From Takakia lepidozioides (taxonomy: Eukaryota; Plantae; Bryophyta), in contig CM060734.1 of the NCBI GenBank assembly GCA_030704615.1, positions 52,018,001-52,082,000 on the forward strand: 64,000 bases of DNA, written 5' to 3'. Below, piece by piece: positions 12,599 through 25,654 of this stretch (the stretch's first letter is position 1; each line of letters starts with the position of its first letter). Under the pieces are notes generated by a model, which made no database searches, was not told the DNA's origin, and saw only the letters and a list, made by a program, of their open reading frames with translations. The position numbers and the translations under genes were made by a program.

Positions 12599-15500
12599 CC
12601 ACTGCAGCGGTATGCTTTGCCAAGGTGATGGGTGCCTGCTGATCTGGAAAGGTCTGCCCATGACCGATGTGGAAGTTGTTATGTGCAGAGGTCTGCATAA
12701 CCAAGGTCTCCCCGTGCAATGCCTCCACAAAAGTCTGTTTTGGCAACGAAAAGTTTTTGTCACCCACATTCTCTGGCTTGGGATCACTGGCAATCCAGTC
12801 GGGGTCTGCTGTTCCTTGTTCTCCGTAATCTAGTCGGGGGTTTGCTGGTTCGCATGTTGGTACTTGGGATTTGGCTAGGAAGGGTCTGCTCGCTCCACAG
12901 TCTGCTCGCTGCGGGTCTCCTGGGTCTCCATGGGAGTTGGGTTCCATGTGTCTGCTGTTGTACGAACTCCAATGAGCCTACACTTAACGGGTGACTCGAC
13001 TCCAGTATGGCCACGGAGAGCTCGTAGAAGTTGCCTTGCGCCATTGGCATACTGGTCAAGAGCATTCCGAACAAGCTCGTCCTCTGGATCATACACTGCA
13101 ACATGTCACAAACACGTCAAAAACAAAGCACTCATCCCTGGTCTGCTAACAAACGGAAGAATGCATGGGGGTTTGATTCACATGGGGCTCTGTTGGTTGT
13201 TATGGTTCATAAAGTCTGCTAGAAAATCTGCGTTCGTGGTCAACGTCAAGATCTGTTCAAAGGTCTATTCAAAGGTCTGTGTAAAAGGTCTGTTAACAAG
13301 GTCTGTTAGGTCTGATGACATACCATGATCTAGGACTGTGGTCCACAGCCCAATATCTTTCATAAGCCAATCCATGAAGGCCTCATCAAGCTCTCCCAGA
13401 GTTGCAACACGGTCCTCTGCTGGAAACCCGCTCCAGAGCACTTGGAAAACATGTCGTTTGTTGAATGCAATGTCGAAAACCGCACGCTCCTGCACAGTCA
13501 CAAACCACATCATGGCGTCTTGCGTGATACTTTCCCCAGCCTCTTCGCTTCCGTGCAGCAGGTCCATCGGCAGGTTGTGAAGGTCTTTTTTTAATTTGGT
13601 GTAAGACCTGAAATTGCCAAATTGCATCCATTGACGGCGGAGGAAACAATCTGCCATCTCCTCAAAAGCAGTCTCTGTCAAGCTCGCTAAGTGCTTTGGA
13701 CGAACACCAAATATTGGGTGGGCGATGGCCATGTGCCTTATCTCCAGTGGGCGTGGGTCGTGCATGAGAAAGAGATTCGCGATAAGCGCGATAAGCGGTG
13801 GCTCGGTCTCCTCCACCAGAAGCGCCACTCCATACTCACGGGCTTTGTCCAAAACACGGGTGGCCTCCTTCGCTGTGAACTCCATTGAGGAGTGTTGCGG
13901 AGCAAAGGTCCACCGGGAGGCGACGATGAGGTGAAGCTCATTGTACCAGTCCAGATGCCGATTGCTTTCCCCACAACGAAACTTCGGAAGAGTGGGGTCC
14001 TCCTCATCAGTTGCAGACCGCTGCGGAGGATGCCATGGTCTGCCAAATGGGAAAACAATTCGACCACCCAATGTGGTCTGCTGAGGGTGTGCTGAAGAGG
14101 TACGAAGGTCCGCTGGAGGACGGGTCACGGAAGAAAGGTCCACTGAGCCGGGTCTGCTGGTCTGACCGGCACTCTCGAAAGCCTTTACAACAGACGGAGG
14201 GAGGCCTGCTGCGCGGCCAGTGGTACCATCCTGAATTGATGCAATGACATCAGCCGACTGTGGATACAGACTCAGGATGTAGTCATGAATATCACGGACC
14301 TCATTCTGGACAAGTGTATTTTCCAAGGGAGGACCGTTCAACCTGTACTTCCAGATTTACAAAGCCTTGTACACTCGGTTGTCTTGCGCATTCGCCTCCT
14401 GAAAACAAACAACAATATTGGCCTTCACATTAGACCAGTAGACCATAGAGCAGTAGACCAGTCAAGATTGGGCCTGACAGTGGACCTGACAGCAGACCAG
14501 TAGACCATACACCAGTAGGCCATTACAGTAGACCAGTAGAGCATAGTAGTAGACCATAGCCGTGGACCCATGCAGCAGACCACAACCACGACAGTAGTGC
14601 GCCTTTCAAAGCAACTGCAGTACCATGTTGCGCAAAGCAGACCCAAAACAGTACACGGTTCGCAGCAGACCACATATATAATAATAATAATAAAACACTA
14701 TGATTTGCAACAGGGGAAAGTAGTCGCACGGTTCTGGACCTATAGAGCAGACCACAGCTAGAACAAGTAATGCAGTACCATGTATAGAATAGCAGACCCA
14801 GAACTGTAGACCGACAGCAGCGGACCACACATACAACACCCAACATAACATATCACTAATTGCAACCAGGAAATCGAAAGACTCAAATATGATAGACCAT
14901 AGAAAGAGTGGTTCAAGTACCTGGAGGCCGTTGTAGTCTTCATCCCTTGGGTATGATCGTGCCTCCACCCATTTCTTATCGGCTGTGTCAATGGTTTGCT
15001 GTATCTGCCCCGATCTCACATAAGCATACAAAAAAGGGAAAAAGTCCGGATCTGATTCATCTGGGTACTGGTCTGGCAGAAGACCGTGGGGAAGTAGGTA
15101 CAATGTGCTAGGGCGGACAGGGGTGCCCGTTACATCTCCATGAGCGTCAGTCAGGGTCTGCTGTTTCTTGGTCTGCTTGTTGGGTTTGATATGTGGTGGG
15201 CGTCGTGGGTCTGTTTGAGGGTGTGATTCCTCCATAGGGATGTCCGAGTCAAGGGTTATGTCATGTACCGGCGGGGTGTACCCAATGGGGTCGTTCACCA
15301 AGTACGGTCTCACAAGTAGTACCGGCCGCTCCGTCGACATGTCCTGAACACGATCCTCCTCTTCATGAGAGTCTTCCTCACTTGAGTCATCCCCACTCAC
15401 TTGAGTCATCCCCACTGGACGACAAAGTTGAAACGGCAGCCTGTGGTTTGCTGGTGTTGGTCTGCTGGGACTGACCTGGTTGCAATTCTTTGCTACTCAC

Positions 15501-17764
15501 TCTCATATCCCGTGGTCTGCCAGTACTGGTACTGCCAGATCTGTGACTTTTGCGGTCTACATTTTTTTTAGCTCCATCACTGAGCTTCCTTTTTTTCAGT
15601 GGCACAACGAGGCCGGGGCCCAGCAGGCCAGCTTCAGTGTAATAACGCTACCGCACTTCCTCAGCAGACCGAGCGACGGCATGCGCACCCCTACACTTTG
15701 CAGTGATTTCTTTTGCGGCCTTAGACGAACTTGGCTTGGGCCAAGGCTTGAAGTTCTCAGGGACCATACCTTTGCATCCTCCATCAAGGGCATGGCGGTT
15801 TAGAGTCTCTTTGTCCTTGATAATATCGGGGCAAAAGGGGCACTGAAACCGATCCTTTGACCAGTTCTCTTTCTCCTTCGCTACGCGCAAGTCCAAAAAT
15901 GCTTCTACTATTTTAGCATCGTACCCACTTGGCTCATACCAGTACCTTCTCTTGGCTTTGTGGCGAGGGGCATGCACATATTCCACCCAATCAACTCCGC
16001 CCTTTGGGCAAGCTTCTTCCATGGCTGCAATCTAAGGAGGAATTGTGTCAGAGACGGTCTGCTAAATGCAAATGAAGAAGAGCAAGCAAAAAAGGAAATG
16101 AAGGTCTGGTGGTGAAGAAGTCTGGTGAAGTTGATACCTTTGCACTTCGGCAACGACGGGCACGCGGCCTTTGAAGAGTGGGCGGGCGCTACAAACGAAT
16201 TGTCAAGTCAAAGAGGCACAAACCGCGAAGCGCAAAACACTGTGCAGTCGCAAAGTGGAGAGACGCGAAAGACGCAAGAGGAGGAAGAGGCGAGGACCCC
16301 AACGTAACGGCTCACTGCTAAGCGTGACAGGAGCACGCGTGCGACCGCCGAGGCCATGCACGTCGGCCATTGGACTGCCATCGAAACATCAAACGTCCTG
16401 GAGGCACAATAATGGCCGCCGCCAAGGACTTCCATGGTCTGCCCTAAGTCTCCACCAAAAAGGTCGGCCAAAAAGGTCTGCTAAAAGGGTCTCTGGCACT
16501 GGTCTGTTGCATTCGTGCGGCAAAGATTGTCTGCACTCGGTCTGCCGTCGGGGTCTGACCAGAGTTCTCCAGGCTGGTCTGTTGGTTCGGTCTTCTCGTC
16601 TGGACTGGTATGGTGCACTCTTCTCCTGTCCTGCTCTGCCTATCTGGTCTGCCCATCTGGTCCGCCCTCTGTCTGCAGTGTGTCCCCACCCGTTTCACCA
16701 TTTCAATGGTCCCTCGGCTGGGTCTCTGCATCCCCGCACTGTCATGGTAACACTTGGAAGGTCCACTGGTTCGTTGCACAAAAAATTCCGCCACACATGC
16801 CCATTTCGTCCTGCATCGATGGGTCCACCTGCAAACAACATCCAAGAGACGGAACTCGGGAGGAAATCGGAATTTTATACAGCCAGCCATGCACATATGT
16901 TTCCGCTATTTTTGCAATGCCATTCCACACATGCTATATGGAGGACAGGCCTCGAACAAGACAGTGTGACAAGGGAAAGGCCGATTCCCAATTGTTGTCC
17001 GTTAAATGATTCGTACTTGTTAGCAAAGACCTAAATACTTCCATTCAAGTCTGCACTGTAAACTCAATGTAACTCACTTCCCCGCGCTCAAACATTCCAA
17101 TGAATAGGCGAACAACAAAGCAAAAATAGTAGAAGCATATGAACAAAAGAGGCTGTGGCTTGAAACGATGGACTCCGACGTTGCCAGAGAGTCCATGGAG
17201 TCATGCAAAGGGATTCTTCACAACCGCCGAGTCTGTTGGTTCTAAACAGTCAAACAACAAACAGCAGCAAGCAACACGAGAAAAAAAAGAAGAGCAAAGG
17301 GGGTCTTCGGAGATCGGCGAGTGCCATGGCATGCCCTAAATCCGGACGGTCTAGATAAAACCGGATCTGGACGAGCAGATGCGCGCCACGTAGGTCTGGG
17401 TCTGTTGTGCCGGTCTGGGGTGGTCTGCCGGACGACAGGCGCAAACCGAGCTTGGGCAGACCCCAGCAAGGGCAGACCCACTAGGGACCCGATGGCGGGC
17501 GGACTCAGCGGCGAGGGCGGGCGGGCGGGGCCGTGGTCCGGGGCTGGCCGGCGTGCGGGCGGCTGCGGGGCTGCCGACCGCGCTTCGCGGCTAGCAGGTG
17601 GGGGTGGGCGGGGTGGGAGGGCGACCCCGCGTCCGTGCGGGCGTGCGCGCCCTGTCCCACACGCGCGACATAAACTCCCAATTATTAAAAAATGAGAGGC
17701 CTTCAACGACAGGTGGCAAGCTTTTGTGAACTGGAAAATACAGATACCCTAGAAAGTAGGAAGG

Positions 17765-17857
17765 AAACCCTAAAGCCGTTGGGAGAAGTTGGTGCGAGGC
17801 AAATTGTAGCGTTAGTGTGGTGATGTTCCGAGATTGGGTTTAGGGTTTAGGGTTTAG
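17765..17857. promoter_or_regulatory. Telo-box elements upstream of WDR82
   Basis: AAACCCTAA at 17765 and GGGTTTAGGGTTTAGGGTTTAG at ~17836-17857, within 150 bp of the ATG. Confidence 0.7.
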
Positions 17858-17909
17858 CCTGCAGCATGATGCGACGGGAGAATCCAGTCTGAGGAAGGAA
17901 GGGGAGACA

Positions 17910-20900
17910 ATGGATCTAACGGAGAATGTGATGCGCAACATGAGCATCGGGGCCGTCTTTAAGGACTATGTATGTGGTGGGACTGGTTTGTTTGCTCCTC
18001 CCCTCGCCCTGGATTTGCGTTGGGGATTCTTTCACAGTCTGTTGCGACTGGACCTAATTTCTGGGCTGTCTGCTTCTTTTTATTTTGAGTAACCTCGATC
18101 CTTTCTTCTATTTCGCCGAGCGTGGTTTTCGCTCATTCGTTGCAGCTCATTTGGATTTTTCCTGCACTCTTGTATTTTTTGGACATGTTCCAGTGTCAGC
18201 GTTGTGGTTTGGAGTGTTTCGTTGGAGAAGTCGAGTGACAATTTGACATACAATTTGACATTTGACTGTTCGCAACACCCCTGAGACTCTGACAAACGCT
18301 CTTGTTACTCCTCCTGCATATGCAAACCGTGGTTCTGGCAGGGGAGAGAATTTTAGAATACAAAAGAGAAAAAGAACTAGAGAGCAGAGCAACCATGAAT
18401 GTAGAATTTGGGCTCGGCGTGAAAGGAGTATTTACAGACAAAAGATATAAGTTCTCAAGGGTGATGTGGAATTCTGAGAGACAAATACAAGAATGTATGG
18501 TGAGAGTTAACAACAGCAAGGAGACCCAAGGACTGGAGCACGAAGGCCTGGAAACTATTACAAACAACACAGTTGTTTGACTGGCATTTGCAAACTATTA
18601 GCACCACGGATGCCAACAGGAAAGGATTGCAAACATTGCTTGATCCACATAGTCCTGAAAGTGTATATTCCATGCTAAGAAATCGACCTAGATAAAATAG
18701 CGTTGGGACCCATCGGTCACCCTTCAGCACTCTCTGACATTTGCATTAAAATTGGCTGGACCAACTCCAGGCCAACTCCATTGCGCGAAGGCATCTGCAC
18801 GAAAAAAAAAAAACTCACCGGAGGATGTGGTCTCTATATGGACTTTTTCTCCTGCCTCTGTAGACACAGCTGCAGTCTTTGATGCATGCACAGTCTCTAC
18901 TTCATGCACATGGGCACTCTCCAGAGACAGGGGAAGGCTAAGCTGTATCAGATCAGGAGGATGATGCAGTGATAATGACTAGAATTGCACCTCTTCTGGG
19001 AGGGTTGCAGGGAGGTAAGATCAATTCTTTGGATTTCCATCGAACCGAGGACCTTCTAGTGACTGCTAGTGACGATGAGTCAATCCGTCTGTATGACACT
19101 GCAACTGCTTCGTAAGCTCTTAGTCCTTCTGTCTTCATATACTTTGAGATGCCTTATGAGATTTATTGACAACTTGCTTGAAAATGCTACAGCTTGTGCA
19201 TGTTCTGGTAGTCTGCCTGCCGTGGCTGGTTTCTGGGTTATATGTTTCTGATGAGTCCATTGGTCCAGCAGGCTGTTGAAGACAATACATAGCAAGAAGT
19301 ATGGGGTGGACCAGATCTGCTTCACACATCACACCAGCTCTGTTGTCTACTCCTCCAAGAATGGTTGGGATGGTGAGTCTGTGTGTGTGAAAAATATGTT
19401 GTGCATGTGATTGCATTGCTAGGAGATATGAGTTGGTGGCAAGCAGGCTGAGGCGCGACATTGCATGGGTGTGCGGAGGGGCAGAATCACTGCGTTACTT
19501 GTCGTTGTATGACAACCGCTATCTGCGCTATTTCAAAGGCCATCGAGACAGGTTGCTACTCTCAAAGCTCAGACTGATTCGAAACTAAATGTATTTACTC
19601 CTTGGTTTTGGACAGGAACAATGAGAGTGTGTGTACCTGCACCTGTCATCTATTGCATGGATGTGTGATCTCAAGAATGGGGATTGCAATGCAGGGTGGT
19701 ATCATTGTGCATGTCACCAAAGAACGATAGCTTCATGTCGGGTTCTTTGGACCACACAGTGCGCCTTTGGGATCTACGCACGAATGTGTGCCAGGTAACT
19801 GTTCTTGTCTCCTGCCTGGAGCACTTTTCCAATGGACAGGTTCTGTAAGGTGCAGTCACCCCCTTGTTGAATTAGTGCACATGACAAAGGAAGATGCTAG
19901 ATTTTGCTGTTCTAACCATGGTGTAAATTGTCAAGCAGGGGCTGCTGCGAGTACGGGGAAGACCAGCAGTGGCTTATGATCAGCAAGGCCTTGTGTTTGC
20001 AGTGGCTATGGAGGGTGGAGCAATCAAGCTCTTTGATGTGCGCTATTATGACAAGGTTTGTGTGTTTTGCTTTGGTTCTAGAGGGTTACTATCGGCCCTA
20101 TCATCCCAGTTGCTGCATATGTGTTCTAAAGGAACTGATTGATGGGCTGTGCAGGGACCTTTTGATACATTCTTGGTGGGTGGTGATACAGCCGAGGTCT
20201 CTGGCATGAAGTTCAGCAATGATAGCAAGCTGATGCTGCTCTCCACCACAAGCGGCCATATCTATGTACTGGATGCTTACACTGGCCGCAAGGTATGTGC
20301 ATTATGGGTGCTGTGTCTGCATAAGCATGCCAACATAATTTCCATATGAGAGCTGGAACGTATAATTTTGGGGGTTGGGGGAGCTCACTGATCTGTGATA
20401 ATGAAGGGTCTGGTTGTGGGGTGGGCAGCTTCAAGGGTTGACTCTGGAGCCAAATGTAGATGGAGGAGCGCTGGAGGCATCATTCAGCCCAGATGCCCAA
20501 TTCGTAATCTCTGGTCTGTGACAGATTGGGGTTACTGATCTGTCCAGTTATGTCCTGCATATGCTGTATTTGAGTAGCAGCCTTTACTTTGATGCACAAC
20601 TGGCATCTTCAGGTGCTAAACAGTATGAGAAGTAGATGTTAATGTAGGATTAGTCTCTTCAATGGAGAACTATGCAAAATATGACCAAATGGACATTTGA
20701 CGTCATACTGGGATGTTTGACCGAAGTTTATATTCTGTGGCTGTTAACACCAGGGGAGAGAGCTGGTTGGTTAACACTCATGCTCTATGGTAGTTGCAGA
20801 GATATGGATGTGGTGAGCCATTGTCAGGGAACATTGTTACCTGTGAGTCACATCTATAGTTTACAAGCTACATAGGCTGCATTCTAGTGAAGGACTCACA

Positions 20901-21281
20901 CATGAGCTTCTCACATAAAAAGGATGAATTAACAAGGTGGTGGCATTGCAGGGTCGGGAGATGGCAGCCTCCGGGCATGGCACACGTCCTCTGGCTCTGA
21001 GGTAGGTATTCTTTTTAAGAGTGATAATGTTCTGGCAGCATCATGAAGATGATGTAGGTGAGGGATGCTGTGATATACACAAGTGGTGTTTGAAGGAAGA
21101 ATGCGTAAAGTGCAGGGGGCTTGGGGCATTGCAGGTAGCCTGTTGGACCAACAATGCAGGGGTGCCTGCATGTGTCAAGTGGGCACCACGGCGCCTCATG
21201 TTTGCTAGTGCCTCGGTGGCATTGTTGTTGTGGATTCCAGATCTGTCCAAGCTTCCTCAACCAGATACTGCACCTGCTTGA
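17910..21281 (+). CDS. WDR82: WD40 protein WDR82/Swd2 (plant APRF1/S2L-type); exons 17910-17969, 19011-19111, 19272-19372, 19485-19551, 19695-19794, 19939-20055, 20155-20292, 20429-20513, 20952-21001, 21135-21281
   Basis: Spliced protein [49 protein letters not shown]...[14 protein letters not shown]...[31 protein letters not shown]...[13 protein letters not shown]. All introns are GT-AG and in phase. Confidence 0.96.
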
Positions 21282-21884
21282 TGGTCTTTGCAATACTTAC
21301 ATTTTTCCAAGGTTGCCTCCATGTACTGTATCTACTTAGTTGGCCAGTGTATCACTGAGCATATCCATCAACTGTGAACAGAGGAATCAAGGGTTTCAGT
21401 TCCTATCATAGTCTGAGTTGTCTATAATGGTTTCATGGCAGTGGGGCACTTTGAAAAATTTGGCATCAGTGCCATGCTATAACTGTATAGGAAACTAGCA
21501 TAGATACTGAAGGGGGATGGTTTTAGTGGCAATTACTAGCAATTGCAACTTCGCATCAAAATAAATATGTAGAGCAATTTTAGTAAAGAGGGATTATTTT
21601 GAAGGTCCAATAAAAAGACATCGAGGTTCAGTAGAATGGGGTGGTGCGGAAAGGGGTGCGGGTAGGGGTAATTTGTCTTGTGAGGTGTCAAGTAAAGCGA
21701 GTAAGAAGGAACCAGATGGAGCCCACCTGGGACGCAAGGGAGTTTTGCTGTGGCTTGCCATCTCACCCAGGATTATCAAACCCATCAAGTAAAAAATTGT
21801 TAACATCTGTCAATATAGCTAAATTATATTAGTAATTTCAAACCACAAAATTTTATAAAATCTTTTACTATATTTTTGTCTTAA

Positions 21885-22708
21885 CCCTTAAGTTCCCAAG
21901 CGACCTGAATCGGGTCACTTTGAATTTGCAGGGTCGACCTAATTCTTGCAGATCTAATCTGATGGGGCCCACTCCTGAAGCTTTAATGACAAGGGATTTG
22001 TCTCGTGTATGATGCAAAAACAAAAACAAAAAAAAACAAAAGCTGCGACTTACAAAAAATATCTTAGATCTTTAATTTACATTTTGGGGCCTGAAATGGG
22101 CTGTTGACCGCTGACGTGGCAGGTAAACAAGCCCAAAACAGATTGCACTCCAAAGGCCATTTTTGGCAGAAAATTAGCAATTTTGGAAAAAACACTTCAC
22201 CTTGTGGTGTGTGAGCATTACATACACACATCCACCGTTAGCTTTTAAAAAATTTGTAGAAAAAAAAGTACTTCATTTGGAGGCACATTTTCTGTTGTCA
22301 ATTTTGAGATTTCAACCCCCATGTAATTGCATGAATAGCAAGCATAGGTGAAAAAATCATTTGGACCTGCAATTTAGTGGGGTCATGGCCACTCCACTAT
22401 TGATTTGGAAATGGTGGGTCTTGGGGCAAGCAAAATTGGATAAAGCTAGGTTTTGATTTGGTCAAACCTATTTCTTTCTCACTTTTTCTTTGGGACCTGA
22501 TATTTGAGGTCCGGGGCCAACGCTATAATCTCACAATTTCCACGGTGGAGTTGGCTCATTTTTTGGTATGTCATGCATAAATGAGCTGGGCCCATTGCTA
22601 TAAGGCTGGAATCTGTGGATGATTTTTGGTAGGTTTCTAGGGGCTATTTACTGCAGCTGGGTACTCAAAATTGGTAAAAAGTCAAAAAAGCGCTTGGGAA
22701 CTTAAGGG
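21885..22708. mobile_element. piggyBac-like non-autonomous element (824 bp)
   Basis: Perfect 18-bp TIRs CCCTTAAGTTCCCAAGCG / CGCTTGGGAACTTAAGGG flanked by TTAA at 21881-21884 and 22709-22712. Confidence 0.82.
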
Positions 22709-22924
22709 TTAATGAGATCCCTGAATTTTAGTTGAAATACTTGAATACAGGACCTCGGGCATCAAAGGGTTTTAATTTTTTTCCCTTCAATAATTCTAAT
22801 AAAATTCTCCAGGGCCACTTTCCCCTGTTCTTGAAAACAAAAAATAAAACAAATGTGCCAACTAATTTCCGAGTCTGATAAAACGTTTCAAAGTTAATTA
22901 GATTAGATAAGTATAGTCTGAAAA

Positions 22925-23122
22925 TAGAACCGGAACCTAACCCAAAATGGTGGCTTTTCTCAGCAATTAACCGGTAACTAGAACTGCCCCAATGTCAAAA
23001 AGTTGGATCCGGAATCAGACCGGAACCAGCTCAATAAAAAGGAACCGAAACTGATCCGGAACCCTCTCTTGAAACAATTATGCAACCGGAACCTTCACAA
23101 ATGCAAGAACCGCCCAACACTA
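22925..23122. mobile_element. Possible hAT-like MITE end
   Basis: Cluster of GAACCG/CCGGAAC subterminal motifs ending in CCAACACTA. The other end was not identified. Confidence 0.35.
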
Positions 23123-23553
23123 CTTGTAACCATCACAGGGTTACGCCAATGCACAAAAAAATAATAACTGATGGTGTTGATAAATGTTACCACTGCTATC
23201 CCTACCATTATGACATTGTGCCAAAACACATTGATCAAAGACCTACTATTCCTCATAATGGTAACTTCAGTTTTATGAAAGTAACCTGCAAGCTCTCTTT
23301 CTCTTCCAGAGCATAACAGAATCGTGTTTGGTGGTGGCAGCTTTAAGAGCAGTTCAACCTCAGGTGAATTTACTGGACGTTAAAGAAACTTTAACTTTAA
23401 CCTCAAAGTAAAATCACCTGAGTTTCTAGAGCAGCTAGCTCTCAAAAATGCTGGAAAATCACTGGTCAGCAAAGAGGGTATGAAGTGTACATTTACTGCA
23501 TATTTTCATCTTAAACTAATCCCTACTTCCATCAAGTGGAGCCGGGTGTGCAC

Positions 23554-24397
23554 CAGAGAGGGAAAGCGAAGAAAAATAGATCCCCATCTCCCAAGAAACC
23601 CTGTGCTCAGTCTGCGTAGGATGGAGAGGGGGGGGCAGAAAAGCCGAAATGGAGCTACGTATGAGTATATGTTAGTGCAGCTAGTTGTAATCTGTACTAC
23701 CATCAATATATGAAGCAAGCCATCAAGCCTAGTCTGCTCCACCAGTTTCTGCCGATCTCGAGAGAGATCGACCTTCTTCTTGAAGCAACTTTCCTGTCAG
23801 ATTAACTCTTCATGTACCTCTCACCTATCTTGTATATAATTACATGACCAAGTAGCAAACAAATGAAGAGAAAACATGAAAGATGATTCTGACCAGAGAA
23901 AAGGAGATGGAGGGTGTGCATAGGTACTTCAAACTAGAAGCCTTGAATAACTGCCATTGAATTGAGATGGGAAGGCAAGAACTCGAAAACAACTTTGACG
24001 GAATCGTCAGTGGCAGCACTAAGCAAGATAGGTTCATTGGCCAAGAAGTGAAGAGTGTAGTCAACTGAATCATGGGCATGCTTTATAACCACCTATTCCA
24101 TTTTTCCTGAATCCAAATGCTGATCACACCAGATGGGCCCTCCAGTTGCCAAGAAAGGCTGTAGTTTATCATTTACCCTTTTACTATTTACCCTCCAAAA
24201 ATATATATTTACCTGCAGGTAAAGGGTATATGGAAACTATTTACCCGGCACACGGGTAAGGGTATCTCAGATTATTTACCCCTCTGAAGGGTAAGGATAA
24301 GGGTAAATGAAATGGGCCAATCCGAGTAAATCATTAACCCTTATCCTGATTTACCCGCCGGGTAAATCCAGGTAAATGATTTACCCGCACAACACTG
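23554..24397. mobile_element. Possible hAT-like non-autonomous element
   Basis: 8-bp direct repeat GTGTGCAC (23546-23553, 24398-24405) flanking CAG...CTG ends. TTTACCC/GGGTAA subterminal repeats at 24170-24390. The left TIR is poorly matched. Confidence 0.45.
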
Positions 24398-24503
24398 GTG
24401 TGCACATGAGCATAAGGTGGGATGTGCTTGAAGAGGAGATCAACCAGTGAAGCTTAATAAAATGTGGGTTGTGTTTGTTGCGGTGTAGAAGAAAGGGAAC
24501 ACA

Positions 24504-24893
24504 TGTCACAGACTAGGTTAGTATGCCTAGGTTAGTGGCTAAGCAAGGCTGAAGACAGAAAGCCATAACGGAAGCTGAAGAGGCTTATGGCTAACCAAGA
24601 GAAAGAAATAGTCAGAATGGCAAAGGCCAAGTGTTAGGCCTTTGGATGGCAAGGAAATACCAAAGGGTATCCTTAAACAAGGGGGGGGAGTCCTTGGGGA
24701 GCATTTAGGAGGACCTGGTGTGACATTCGAGGAGAGGGAGATGGGCCTGCAGGGCTGAGAACAAAGTAGACAGTTGGTCTTGGTAAACACTCCCTAGCAA
24801 GTGGCAAGTTGAGGACTCTAGGTTGGGTGGTTAGCTCGCTCATAAAATATTAATGTGGAGACCATTTTACTATAATAAGACAGGACTGTAACA
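24504..24893 (+). mobile_element. LTR copy 1 (TGTCACAG...CTGTAACA)
   Basis: TG...CA ends. Near-identical inverted copy at 26848-27236. Confidence 0.8.
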
Positions 24894-25654
24894 ACAAGAG
24901 GAAGGAAATTCATGGTTATGGGTGTGTGATAAGGAGTTGGGCCCCATGGAGGAGCATGATGGCCTGGGGACTGGCGAGGGTTATGTAGTCATAACCTAGG
25001 AGGACATTGTGGATGGCGTTGCCTTCTTCGTGGCAAGCTACATCTCTTCTCTTCCTCAGACCATAGTTAGTGCTGTGTGTGGTCATTATCAGCTACTTGG
25101 CATGCAAGAAACTTTCCACACCCGTTGGTCTACATATCAAGAGGCTGGTTATGCCTTCAATCAGCTGGGCCGTAAAATAGATAAGCCAACCGACCTGTCC
25201 TGACATGTCAACAACACATTTGTGTACTACCCCACGTTCTTTCCTTTCAATGAATACCTGGTACTACTGTAGGACATTGGAGAGGTCAATTAGTACACAC
25301 TTACTTCGTGTCTCGTTCTTCCAAGGAAGATACTTAGCAATCAAGAGCAGCGCTGGCTGTGCAGAATATGACCCCAGGAGAGCTACAAGAAGTTAATTGA
25401 ATGGTTGAACGAGAAGCTACCTGCTAGCACTTGCTTTGAATGATGATACTCCAGAAAGGTTGCAGTCCTTCAATTTTATGCAAAGGATGTTTCAGTTACC
25501 AGCCACCATGGAATGTCATCCCAGGGATTGCTGAATTTGTATATTCTGCAGAGCAACCTGACAGATATTGTTGCATGGCAACCGTATGTGCTGCATTCGC
25601 AGATCTGAAGCAAACAGGGAAATAGGGACTTTTCTTCATTCGGGCTTCCACCGC

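Larger units (their letters stand above)
7993..16022 (-). pseudogene. Long multi-exon transposon gene: N-terminal C2HC-like zinc finger, C-terminal Ulp1/C48-like peptidase; disrupted
   Basis: FQCPFCPDIIKDKETLNRHALDGGC near 15850. Ulp1 motifs KYILVPIVDG|SHWILVIID...HLNS...PQQPFSWECGFYVM (8660-8000). In-frame stop at 15648, short duplication near 15390, frameshift near 8800, insertion 10701-12598. Confidence 0.75.
4310..17679. mobile_element. Large composite MULE (transposase plus convergent Ulp1-domain gene); right end ~17679, left end not seen
   Basis: The two genes are convergent and the AGACC/GGTCT motif is dense across the whole interval. A GC-rich terminal region ends in ...CATAAACTCCC and is followed by AT-rich AATTATTAA. 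Confidence 0.6.

Noticed and set aside
16171-17706. ORFs 16171-17034, 17242-17706 and 17321-17695 as genes
   Set aside because: They arise from GGTCTG motif repeats and a GC-rich terminal region, and show no protein motifs.
17836-17857. Interstitial telomere or chromosome fusion scar
   Set aside because: Only about three TTTAGGG units directly upstream of a housekeeping gene, which fits a telo-box.
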